This document shows, piece by piece, positions 1 through 9,528 of a DNA stretch of 64,000 nt (the stretch's first letter is position 1; each line of letters begins with the position of its first letter). The stretch comes from a virus (taxonomy: Duplodnaviria; Caudoviricetes). Below the pieces are notes generated by a model, which did not search any database, was not told the DNA's origin, and saw only the letters and a program-made list of their open reading frames with translations. The position numbers and the translations under genes are program-made. The stretch lies in IMG/VR virus record IMGVR_UViG_3300035507_000051, positions 1 to 64,000 of that record. The stretch is one strand, 5' to 3'.

Positions 1-3000
1 TATAGTGATAGGGAGTTTGCTAATGGGGGTAAAGTGCATAGGTTTGATTTAGGTGGTAATTCAGATCCTATCTATGGCCCATATCAATTAAATGAAGTAA
101 TTAAAGTAGGTAATAGCAATACTCCTAATAATGATATGATTAATGCTAGGTTGTCAGAGAGGGCAGTAACAGAAGCTCAACAATCTAGTTAGCCTAGTTT
201 ATTATAGAAAGCTTTAATTGGTACAGGCAGGTTCTTTAATGATGAAATCTTTTTAAATAAAGGTAATGTAAGAGCTAATAATGCTAATAGGGAATGGAGG
301 AATAATCCTGCAGTAATGCAATCATTTGCTGATGGTTAGAATATTGCTGCAACCCCAGTAGCTATGGCTATGGCCGCACCTGCTTGGGAAGTTCCTTATT
401 TAGGTGGTGCTTTAAATGCAATAGGAGCCTATGAAGGAATTAAAAATACTATTGGTCCAGAAGGTGTTGCTAAGACTTATAGAGCTATATAGGATGGTAG
501 ATATTGGGATGCTGCTAAGAGTGCAGGTGGTGATGTTATGAATTTAATGCTAGCTTTACCTGCATTTAATGGTTTAAGAAATGCAACTAAAGAATATGCT
601 TATGGTTTAGGTAGAGGATATAAACCTATTAGGGATTAGATATTAGGTTTGAATTTAAATAGAGCTGCCAGTAAGTTACCTAAAGCTTGGCAGTATTATA
701 CAGAACCCGCATTACTTAGTAGAGCTATTGAATATCCTACTTAGGATAATGGAGTCAATTTTAGCTTAGACTACAAACTTAAAGACCCTGAAACTAAGAA
801 GTTATACAGTAAATTAGTAGAATATAATCCAAGCTTATCTACAGAAGTGAATAGGCAAACAGAGCAATTAGATGCTGCTGCTGAAAACTTTTACTAGACT
901 TTTTTAAGACCTAGAATAGCTATGGGAGGAGAACCTGCACCAGCTAAACTATACAGAGATTCTTGGTTATATGGAAGTAATAAGAGAATAGAGTTTGCCA
1001 ACTTAGAAGATTTTTTCCCAGAGAGCCCATAGATCGGAGGAGTGCACTTTCGTAGTTCAGGAAGGAACTTAATTGATCGGTCTAGAGTAATTTCTAGAGG
1101 TAAAAACCTGAAGAATGTAGCTATTCATGAAGCTGCTTCTCATAGTACTGATGAATTATTGCCACCATCAGTAAAGAAGTTTTATAAGGGAATGCTTAAA
1201 GACTTAGATCCAGATGGTTCATTAATAACTGGAGATGCTAAATAGTGGTATGAGTTACGTGCCACTAAAAATGAGTTATTAAGACAATTAGCTGAATAGA
1301 ATACTTTTGTAAACAATTTGTCTGATATAGAGTTGGCAAAAACATTAGGAGAGTTCAATAATTACGGTAGGTAGTACAGGAATGCTTTGTTTAAATAGCA
1401 TAAGGCAATGCCTTTAAAAGTTGCAGATACATGGCAACCTACTATAGGTGTACCATAGTATAAACAAGGAGTATATGGTTCTGGTAATCCATTCTTAGAT
1501 AAACTAAGATATGCTATTTAGTATTTACCTGCAGCTACAGGAGTAGTAGGTACAGCAGCTGCAGCAGCAGCTACTGCACAAGAAGATAATACATAGATGG
1601 CTAATGGAGGATTAATAAGGAGATTTGATAGTGGTGGCCATAAAGCATCTAGATAGAACTACAAAGATATTTCAGGAATCTAGGGTGCTATAAGATTAGA
1701 TTTACCTGATGGTTCTACTATGGATTTTGCTAATGCTGCTGATGCTCAAGCATTCTTTGATTCTAATTACGGTAATCAAGGTAAATCAATGCAGGTAGTA
1801 GGAGGATAGGATTATAGTGGAGATACCATAGTTAATGGTGGTGTTATGCCTGAATTAACTGTACCTTATAATACTTAGGGTAATGTACCTACATAGGTAG
1901 AAAGTTCTACACCTGATCCTGTAATTGCTGGTATTTATGATGGTAAATATGCAGGTAGATCATTTACTCCTACTCCTTAGAATATTTAGCATTTCTTAAA
2001 TCTGTATTAGTCTGATAAACACATTAATACTGAGTATAGTTAGTAGAAATGGGCTAAAGAATTTGGTAGATTAGGTGCAGTAGGTGCTACTATAGGTTTA
2101 GGTGCTACTGCTCCAGTATGGGCTCCAGAGATGGGTTCTTGGTTACTAAATACAGGCAGAGCTGTATGGAATTCAGGAATGCCTAAATTAATATTAGGTT
2201 CTGAAATTGCTGGTAGAACTGTTGATGCTTTACAAAGAACAGTATCAGGTACTACTACTAGTGAACAAGTTAGTCAATGGTTACAAGAAAGAGGATGGAA
2301 TCCTACACTAGCTGATATGACTGGTTCTACTACTAATCCTGGGTATTGGATGAACTTTTTGAATGGCAAGTATACTCTACCTTTATTAACTAAGTATGGT
2401 TTAGCAGGAGCTGAGGACTTATTACTCAATAGGGCAGAATAGGCTGGTATAACTGCAGTTGGTTAGAGTGATATTAGTAAATTATATTAGGGATTAACTA
2501 ATGGGATTAGCGATGCAAAGAGAGGTGCTGTAAAACTAGGAAGAAATATACGTAGGAATATTCCAGGGCCTGTGAGGTATGTAGTAGATCCTAGATTTAG
2601 GAATAAGTGGAACAATTTTTACTAGGGGTATCGTACCTGGGATGGTAAGTATTAGTCAGAGTAGCTGAAGGAAGCTTTAAGAGTGAGGGATTAGTTGTAT
2701 TAGTACTTGGATGATCATGGTATGAGGTACGCTAGCCCTAAAGAGTATAATCAAGAAGCAGATAATTTATTTAAAAAATTTCAAGAGTAGTTACTAAAAA
2801 ACTACTTAAGATACCACAACACAGATAAAGTCATAATCCCAGCTCCAAATTTAACAAATCCTGCAGAAAAGTTAGTCACCTACACTGATGAGTTGGGAAA
2901 TACTGTTACCAGTAAATTGCCATACACTTTAGTTGGTGCTAAAGAAGGTGCTAATATATCCATAGGATGGAATTCCACACGCCCTTATACTTGGCAAAAT

Positions 3001-5046
3001 GCTTTAATAGCTAAATAGCTTAAGCGAAGTAAAGCTGCTGCGTTTTCTAAGAATATAAGTATGACTAAAGAAGGTTTTGGAGATCCAAATTTATTTTATT
3101 TCCTAAACTAGCCAGAGGAACTTAAAGCTGCAATTAGTCTTAGAAATAATAGATTAAGAGCAATAATGGGAGATGATGGAACTATTGGAGGAAGCAGTGT
3201 ATTAATGGAGAAAGGTATTATTCCAGGAGTTCCAGGAGATGATGATATAATAACTACATTAGCTAGGTATCCTCAATTACTTGCAAAATTAGAAGGAACA
3301 GAGTTAAGTTAGCTTCCTAAAGGTACTGGATTTAAAATTAGATCTTCAAAACTAAGAGCTCAAGGCGAGGATGGCAGAATTGGAGATATAGATATTATTA
3401 AAGAAGATTTAGACCACAAGGCCGTTGGAAACTTAGCACATGAGATTTACTAGACGCTATCACCTACAGAATACAAAAGATTGAGAGAACTAAATGCTGG
3501 AAAGCAAGAAATCACAGAATTTAGAAATAGGAGAACTTCAGAGGATTCTGATATGCCGTTGCCTATTACTGCAGAAGAATTATATTAGTTCTTTAGAAAA
3601 GCTCCTGAATTAAAGGGATTGAGTGACGTTATGGTAAGTCATAAAGATAAACACATACGTAGGGTATTTAGTGCTATCTAGAATACAGAAAATACAGAAC
3701 TTATAAGAAAAATAATAGATAATAAGAGCTCGTCATACTTTGGGGAACCTGTCAAATTGCCAGAATGGTTTGATTTATCTAATGTAGAAGCTAATAAAGC
3801 TCTGTTAAAAGAATATAATTTACCAGAAGAATTAGCTACTAATAAAGAAGCAATGGAAAATATATCAAGGTATTTATATTTCTCTTAGGGAAGTTCAACT
3901 AGAGGTGTGAAAGTTTCTTAGTTACTTGGCCCTGATGGCAATCCATTACCATCAGATGCATCTGACTATGAAATTCTTGAAGCTTTAGAAAGCGCACATA
4001 ATACAGTACTTTCACCATCAAATTCTTAGGTATCTGGCAATTTTGGTAATGGCACTTCTGGGGATAGAGGTGGTGGAACTTTCGGTAATTCTATTTCTAT
4101 TGGATTAACAAGAATTCCTGAATGGGTTAAAACACCTAAAGATTTATTTGATTTTGTGTTTACTCTAAATAAGAAAATGACTAAAGAGTAGGCAGATAAA
4201 CTAAATTAGTTAGGAGAAAAATATGGTCGGGATCCAACTGTAGGCCACGATAGCTTTGAATTCTTTGAAGAAGGCATGCCTTATAAGTATGCATTAAGTA
4301 ATTTAGCATCAAAGAAAGAGGTAAGTGAAGGGGTTGCAGAGATATTAGATGCACCTATGCTAAGAGGATATAGCTACGGAGAAGGAAAGGATTATATTGC
4401 AAGAGTAGAGCCCCCTATGCTTACTGGATATACACACTCTTCTCCCTATGGTATGAATTTTGAGCACGGGAATTTTAATCCAAATCAATAGAGGAAGACT
4501 CCCTTTGATCAAAATAATATTAAAAATTTGTTGACTATGCAGTGGGTTATTGGTTAGGAAAAAAATCCATATCTTTATAATATAGTTCAGCAGTTAAAAT
4601 CATACCAACAAAACTATTTAGACAAGAATTTAAATTTACCATTGCAAGACAGAGTTAATATATCAGTAGCCAAAAAATTTGAAAAAGCTAAAAAAGAGGC
4701 GGAGAAGCAGGGTAATATAAGTACTACCATCGCTAGTAATATTTGGGGCAGATCACAGATTATTCTTAATAAGTTCCTAAAAAGTAAAGCTGCTGTACAA
4801 GGCGCTCCTGCAAGTTTAGCAAAGGCATCAGCACTGCTTGGAGTTCTTGGAGTTCCTGGGTACTTTATGCACAAGGGAATAAAAGAAAATAATACAGACA
4901 CATTCTATAATAGAATGTGGTTAAGTAACCATGGTTATCCTAGGGATTATGATCCTGATAAGCTTTCGGTAAAAGAATTTAGCGATATGTATAAATATAC
5001 AGAAGAAATGAAAGAAAAGAGAAAATAGAAAAAGAAAAATAAATAA
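1..5046 (+). CDS. Giant modular (polyvalent-like) protein, 5'-truncated, >1680 aa with TAG=Gln; HExxxH peptidase-like motif and nucleotidyltransferase-like motif
   Basis: ORF-track pieces 1042, 2131, 4276, 4642 are all frame 1 and end at TAG; TAA at 5044-5046. IHEAASH at ~1123-1143; IGGSSVL..PGDDDI..GDIDII at 3184-3399. Confidence 0.8.
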
Positions 5047-5070
5047 ATCCTATAATATTATTTCAAAAAA

Positions 5071-5104
5071 TTTGCATAATTAAAAAATTATGCTTACCTT
5101 TGCA
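5071..5104 (+). promoter_or_regulatory. Bacteroidota-type -33/-7 promoter for the tRNA cluster
   Basis: TTTG-N20-TACCTTTGCA. Confidence 0.8.
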
Positions 5105-5194
5105 ATGAAAAATCTAATCATAATTGTTGAAATTTAAAAATTAATTAAAAGTAATTTACTCTCTTAGGTATGTGAATATATAAGGGGGTTTTAT

Positions 5195-5266
5195 AGGGAA
5201 ATAGCCTAAAGGTAGGGCACTAAGTTTGGGACTTAGGAAGTGAGAGTTCGAGTCTCTCTTTCCCTA
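5195..5266 (+). tRNA. tRNA-Pro(TGG)
   Basis: Acceptor agggaaa/tttccct; anticodon arm ctaag-tt TGG ga-cttag; TTCGA loop. Confidence 0.9.
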
Positions 5267-5337
5267 CTCATGAAGATTAAGCGGTGTATGGAGCTTTCTC
5301 TTTTTGGCAGTTAGAGGCTAAAGAAACTGCCCATTTC

Positions 5338-5411
5338 AGTCCTTTAGCTCAGTTGGTTAGAGCGCTACACTGATAATGTAGAGGTCGGCAGTTCAACTCT
5401 GCCAAGGACTA
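5338..5411 (+). tRNA. tRNA-Ile(GAT)
   Basis: agtcctt/aaggact; ctaca-ct GAT aa-tgtag. Confidence 0.95.
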
Positions 5412-5543
5412 CTAATAATAAAGAGGATAGTACTAGTGTAAGACTCAACGTAACTGGAAGAACTATATATACTATATGTAGTGAACGTCTTTTGGGAGTC
5501 GTAGAACCCATCCTAGCTGTCGGGACTGATGATGGCAGCTTTC

Positions 5544-5615
5544 ATTGGTGTAGTGTCAACGGTAGCACGGTAAATTCCAAATTTACAGGTGGGAGTTCAA
5601 TTCTCCCCACCCTTG
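5544..5615 (+). tRNA. tRNA-Trp(CCA), acceptor stem with two mismatches (possibly degenerate)
   Basis: gtaaa-tt CCA aa-tttac; T arm gggag/ctccc; acceptor attggtg/caccctt. Confidence 0.7.
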
Positions 5616-5673
5616 CAAATTCCTCTAGAGGGGCCTAGGAGTCCCTGAATATTCAAACACCTAGGTCTAGTTT

Positions 5674-5758
5674 GGGAGTACTTTAATGTGGTGAATTAGA
5701 GTGGTCTGTAAAACCACTGCCTTTGGCTATGTGAGTTCAATTCTCTCTACTCCCACCA
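5674..5758 (+). tRNA. tRNA-Tyr(GTA) with encoded CCA
   Basis: gggagta/tactccc; gtggt-ct GTA aa-accac; long variable arm. Confidence 0.9.
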
Positions 5759-5762
5759 TCAT

Positions 5763-5841
5763 GCCTCAGTACGCAAATTGGCAAAGCGGCCACACTTAGG
5801 ATGTGGTGACTTATTTGTGAGTTCGACTCTCACCTGGGGTA
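5763..5841 (+). tRNA. tRNA-Leu(TAG)
   Basis: gcctcag/ctggggt; ccaca-ct TAG ga-tgtgg. Confidence 0.9.
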
Positions 5842-5860
5842 CAATTAATTGTTAAGTATT

Positions 5861-6058
5861 ATGGCAAAGAAAATAGTAAATATGGAGAGAAAATGGCAAG
5901 CTGAAGAGGATGCTAGAACTCTTGCTAGATACCAAGAGATTATGTCAGATTCTAAAAGAAAATCAGCTGCCATTAAACAAGCTAAGACTGAATCTATTGC
6001 ACTAGAAAAAAGGGCTAATGCTATGAAGCTAGCTGCAGGTGGTAAACTTAAAAGATAA
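5861..6058 (+). CDS. Small basic helical hypothetical protein ending LAAGGKLKR
   Basis: ATG 5861, TAA stop, ORF track. Confidence 0.7.
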   Translation: MAKKIVNMERKWQAEEDARTLARYQEIMSDSKRKSAAIKQAKTESIALEKRANAMKLAAGGKLKR

Positions 6059-6075
6059 AAATAATTACTAAATTA

Positions 6076-6109
6076 TTTGGTAATTTAAAATAATTTACTT
6101 ACCTTTGCA
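6076..6109 (+). promoter_or_regulatory. -33/-7 promoter immediately upstream of the suppressor tRNA
   Basis: TTTG-N20-TACCTTTGCA. Confidence 0.8.
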
Positions 6110-6120
6110 TTGTAAAACAA

Positions 6121-6192
6121 TGCCCTATAGTGTAATGGTTAGCACGAGGGTCTCTAAAACCCTATGTCTCTGTTCAAATCAGAGTAGGGCGG
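6121..6192 (+). tRNA. Amber suppressor tRNA(CUA), predicted Gln identity
   Basis: Acceptor tgcccta/tagggcg with G73; agggt-ct CTA aa-accct; T arm ctctg/cagag. Confidence 0.92.
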
Positions 6193-6212
6193 CTAACTTA
6201 AATTTAATGAAT

Positions 6213-6398
6213 ATGGAGAAGTAGAATAAACAAGCTAAACGCAAATATTTGATTGAGAAAGAGCTTGAGAATGACATGTCTAATATCATGATGCTCTTAG
6301 AAGATGTTGATTATAGAATTTCAGAAGAGGGGTTGGAAAATGAGCAGTTTGTGCTAAATTTCTATGATCAACTAAATGCAATTAGTGTAAAAAAGTGA
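6213..6398 (+). CDS. Hypothetical acidic protein (61 aa, TAG at codon 4)
   Basis: Open from ATG to TGA when TAG=Gln. Confidence 0.55.
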
Positions 6399-6427
6399 AA
6401 TAACGCCAAATTGAGGGATGGTGGAAT

Positions 6428-6500
6428 GCTCCATTAGTTTAACTGGTTAAAATTCAAGCCTTGTAACCTTGAGTAGAAAGTTCGAGTCTTTCATGGAGCT
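6428..6500 (+). tRNA. tRNA-Thr(TGT)
   Basis: gctccat/atggagc; caagc-ct TGT aa-ccttg (C.C mismatch at 31-39). Confidence 0.85.
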
Positions 6501-6506
6501 CTAAAT

Positions 6507-6578
6507 GCAGAATTAGTATAATGGTTATTATGCCAGACTTCCAATCTGGATATGAGGGTTCGATTCCCTTATTCTGCT
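6507..6578 (+). tRNA. tRNA-Gly(TCC)
   Basis: gcagaat/attctgc; ccaga-ct TCC aa-tctgg. Confidence 0.92.
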
Positions 6579-6585
6579 CTAATTA

Positions 6586-6655
6586 TGCGGGGAGGATTGG
6601 TATCCCACTTAGGCTCATAACCTAGGCTAAGTAAGTTCGATTCTTACCCCCGTCA
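6586..6655 (+). tRNA. tRNA-Met(CAT), atypical short D arm
   Basis: ttagg-ct CAT aa-cctag; T arm gtaag/cttac; unpaired 1-72. Confidence 0.7.
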
Positions 6656-6672
6656 CTATTAAAGATAGAAGT

Positions 6673-6831
6673 ATGGAAGAATCTAAAATGACTGCAATAG
6701 CAGCTCCCAATATTAGACAAATTGTTAATAATGCAAATGAATTACATATCTCTAAAGAAGATATAGTAAGTCTTCTTAAAGAGAATGGTCAGTATATATT
6801 AATATATTATGAGCATGGAAGAGAAGACTGA
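6673..6831 (+). CDS. Hypothetical protein (52 aa)
   Basis: ATG..TGA, overlaps start of next gene. Confidence 0.55.
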   Translation: MEESKMTAIAAPNIRQIVNNANELHISKEDIVSLLKENGQYILIYYEHGRED

Positions 6832-7075
6832 AAGACCAGTAATGACTGAAGAAGAATTCAAAGATTACATTGGCTATGGAACTATTAAGTTCTTTGATGG
6901 TGTTGGTAGATTTAGATCAATAAAAAGGGCTATTAAGCATGGTAAGGCATCTCCTCTAGGAGAGGTTTATCCAGATAGACCTTTCAATAATAGGAAGCCT
7001 ACTAAAGGTAGAGCTATGAATGAGAAGAAAAAAGATGTCTATGCAAAACTCAAACAACTAGGACATATACAATGA
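6815..7075 (+). CDS. Hypothetical basic protein
   Basis: ORF track 6809-7075; second ATG taken as start. Confidence 0.7.
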   Translation: MEEKTERPVMTEEEFKDYIGYGTIKFFDGVGRFRSIKRAIKHGKASPLGEVYPDRPFNNRKPTKGRAMNEKKKDVYAKLKQLGHIQ

Positions 7076-7250
7076 AGAACCTGTTTTTTATTGTAAGCAC
7101 TGCCTATCACTAAAGATTAGAAATGAGACTAGGTTGCCTGACCTAGACTATTGTGATGAATGTGGTTCCACAGATATAGAAACTACAAATATACATAACT
7201 GGGAAGATATGTATAAACAAAGATATGGATTTAAATTTTTAAATAGATAA
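7041..7250 (+). CDS. Zn-ribbon protein (CKHC...CDEC)
   Basis: Open with one TAG; two CxxC pairs. Confidence 0.7.
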
Positions 7251-7256
7251 AAGACA

Positions 7257-7535
7257 ATGGAAGAGAAGAAGAAAATACAGATGGTTACTAAACCTACTTA
7301 TGAAGATTTGTTGCAACAGATTGAAGGTTTGAAAGGTATTAATCAGCAACTTTATAATCAGTTGAATAGTATTAATATGAGCAATCTATTTAAGAGATTG
7401 GACTATCTGTTTAAAGTTCTTGAGCATAAGGATGCTTTTAACTCTAAGTTTATTGATGATTGTGCAAAAGAAATTTGTGCAGTTATGACTCCTCCTGAAG
7501 AGGATGAAACTGAAGCTACTGAATCTAAAGAGTAA
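7257..7535 (+). CDS. Coiled-coil hypothetical protein
   Basis: ORF track. Confidence 0.75.
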   Translation: MEEKKKIQMVTKPTYEDLLQQIEGLKGINQQLYNQLNSINMSNLFKRLDYLFKVLEHKDAFNSKFIDDCAKEICAVMTPPEEDETEATESKE

Positions 7536-7540
7536 TTACT

Positions 7541-7924
7541 ATGAGGGGAAGTGTTGATAATGTAATTAGAATCCCCACAACTCTAGATAATCTCTTTAAG
7601 CACTGGCTAGATTTTCTTAAACCATTTCATAACTTAACTGAGAGGGAAATGGATGTAGCAGCTACTATTATTAAGCATAGACATTAGCTTAGTAAAGTAA
7701 TCTCTGATGAAGAAATTCTTGATAAGGTAGCTATGAGTGAAGATACTAAAAGAGCGGTGAGGGAGGAATGTGGTATTTCACTCCCTCACTTCCAAGTTAT
7801 CATGAGTAAGTTAAAGAAGAGCAAAATAATTCTAGATAACAAGGTTAATCCTAGATTTGTTCCTAAACTTAAAGAGGAAAATGGTAACTTTCAATTATTG
7901 CTATTATTTGAACTAAAGCAATGA
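7541..7924 (+). CDS. RepL-like winged-HTH protein
   Basis: Extended upstream through one TAG; LTEREMDV...KLKKSKII..KVNPRF resembles a wHTH; recalled crAss synteny. Confidence 0.55.
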
Positions 7925-8223
7925 CTACAGTTGAAGCTGCTATATTTAAAGCCTCTAAGAAACTCAACTTACCAGAAGAGCTTGTGGGTAAAGTATATAA
8001 AGCCTATTGGAAATCCATTAGGCAGTCTATTCAACCTCTTCCTTTAAAAGATGATTTAACTGAAGAGGAATTTACTAAATATAAAGTTAGTTTTAATATA
8101 CCTTCTTTAGGTAAACTTTACTCTAGCTTTAATAAAATACAGGGAGTAAAGAAAAGGTATCAATATTTACAAAAGATTAAAAACAATGCTCAAAATAAAG
8201 AAACTAAGACCGATGTTCACTAA
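7921..8223 (+). CDS. HU/IHF-like DNA-binding protein
   Basis: Two N-terminal helices followed by FNIPSLGKL, resembling the HU/IHF signature. Confidence 0.55.
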   Translation: MTTVEAAIFKASKKLNLPEELVGKVYKAYWKSIRQSIQPLPLKDDLTEEEFTKYKVSFNIPSLGKLYSSFNKIQGVKKRYQYLQKIKNNAQNKETKTDVH

Positions 8224-8605
8224 CATCGTGACTACAATGGATACTTATGAGGATGATGAAATGCTAGCTTCAGGACTCATTGATACTAAAAAGCAGAAGG
8301 GTGCACTTAAGGAATATCAGACAGTGATTGCTGTAGGTAATGCTGTTAGAGATATTTCTCCTGGTGAAGTTGTTTGTATCAATCCTATTAGGTATGCTCA
8401 ATACAAGCACAATAAGAACAGCTTAAAAGATCTTGCTGCTGATAATCCAGTTGTAGGTTATAATTTCAATGTAGTTGAGATTGATGGTAAAGACTGTTTG
8501 CTACTTCATGACCAAGATATTAGGTATGTAGTTGAGGAATATGAAGATGTGCCTGACCCAGTACCTTCAAAGATAATTCAACCAAGTAAAGATATTATTG
8601 TATAA
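8186..8605 (+). CDS. GroES/Cpn10-like co-chaperonin
   Basis: LRPMFTNIV..SGL..VIAVG..PGEVV..IDGKDCLLLHDQDI matches the GroES pattern. Confidence 0.75.
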   Translation: MLKIKKLRPMFTNIVTTMDTYEDDEMLASGLIDTKKQKGALKEYQTVIAVGNAVRDISPGEVVCINPIRYAQYKHNKNSLKDLAADNPVVGYNFNVVEIDGKDCLLLHDQDIRYVVEEYEDVPDPVPSKIIQPSKDIIV

Positions 8606-8609
8606 CACT

Positions 8610-8644
8610 AGACTGGGGAAGTATTTCTCCAGTCTTTATTTTTA
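8610..8644 (+). terminator. Intrinsic terminator
   Basis: agactggggaa/ttctccagtct followed by T-rich tract. Confidence 0.75.
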
Positions 8645-8650
8645 TATGCT

Positions 8651-9205
8651 ATGATTAAATTATTTAAATATGAAGGATATAAAGTAAATATATCTGAAGA
8701 AGCCTTAATGCTCAAGCCATTTAAAGCTATTTGGAATAGGGATAGAACAGTTAATAAGGATAAAGCTCTTATGGAACTAGCTTATATATATTTTATGGTA
8801 GATCCTAGGAGTGATTATCAGTATCTTACTGATGAGGAAGAAAGAGCCAAAGCTATTAAGGAGGGGGAAGGTTTGCCTAACAGTTGGAAGCCTGATAAGC
8901 AGGTGGAAGAGGCAATGAAGTTCTACTCTAGTTTTAGGCCTACAGCAGCTCTACTTCTAGAAGATACTAGATGTGCAGTAGATAAACTAAGAAAGCTACT
9001 TAGAGAAATAGACCTTAATGCCACTGATGATAAAGGTAAACCTCTTTATACATTGAATACTATTACTGCTACTATTAAGCAAGTTCCTTCATTAGCTAAA
9101 GACTTAGATGAAGCAGAGAAGGCACTTACTTCTGAATTAAAAGCTAACAGCAGAATGAGAGGCCAAGGTGCTAAAACTATATTTGAAGATGGTATAAATA
9201 TCTAA
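8651..9205 (+). CDS. Conserved crAss-like protein upstream of TerL (small terminase candidate)
   Basis: 184-aa helical ORF; position only. Confidence 0.5.
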   Translation: MIKLFKYEGYKVNISEEALMLKPFKAIWNRDRTVNKDKALMELAYIYFMVDPRSDYQYLTDEEERAKAIKEGEGLPNSWKPDKQVEEAMKFYSSFRPTAALLLEDTRCAVDKLRKLLREIDLNATDDKGKPLYTLNTITATIKQVPSLAKDLDEAEKALTSELKANSRMRGQGAKTIFEDGINI

Positions 9206-9207
9206 TT

Positions 9208-9528
9208 ATGACTGCAGAGAAAATTATAGAAACTTTTGATGGATGGATTAGCACTAATGTGCAACCATGTCATTTAATTTTACAAAAGATAATTACCACT
9301 AAACCGTTTAAAGCATTTAAAGAGTATAAATATGTAGTGTGGAATGTGGAAGGTAAGAAAAAATTGGATATTGCCAATATATCTACTGTAGCTAAATCTA
9401 CTAATGACAGTGAGGAGGAACAAAATCATAAAGAAATGGATAAAAGATTACTCCTCACTATGATAGAGTTAATTAAATCTCCAATTATAAAGAATATTCT
9501 TGAAGGTAATTATGATATAGACAAATAA
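9208..9528 (+). CDS. Hypothetical protein
   Basis: ORF track. Confidence 0.7.
   Translation: MTAEKIIETFDGWISTNVQPCHLILQKIITTKPFKAFKEYKYVVWNVEGKKKLDIANISTVAKSTNDSEEEQNHKEMDKRLLLTMIELIKSPIIKNILEGNYDIDK

Noticed and set aside
5514-5545. Hammerhead ribozyme (CTGATGA)
   Set aside because: No matching GAAA core or three-way junction; CTGATGA lies in a simple hairpin loop.
5616-5680. HDV-like ribozyme between tRNA-Trp and tRNA-Tyr
   Set aside because: A P1-like stem exists, but the L3/P1.1 and J4/2 catalytic consensus are missing.
6193-6260. HDV-like (theta) ribozyme after the suppressor tRNA
   Set aside because: The trailer is AT-rich and runs into an ORF; no P1/P2/P3 double pseudoknot can be drawn.
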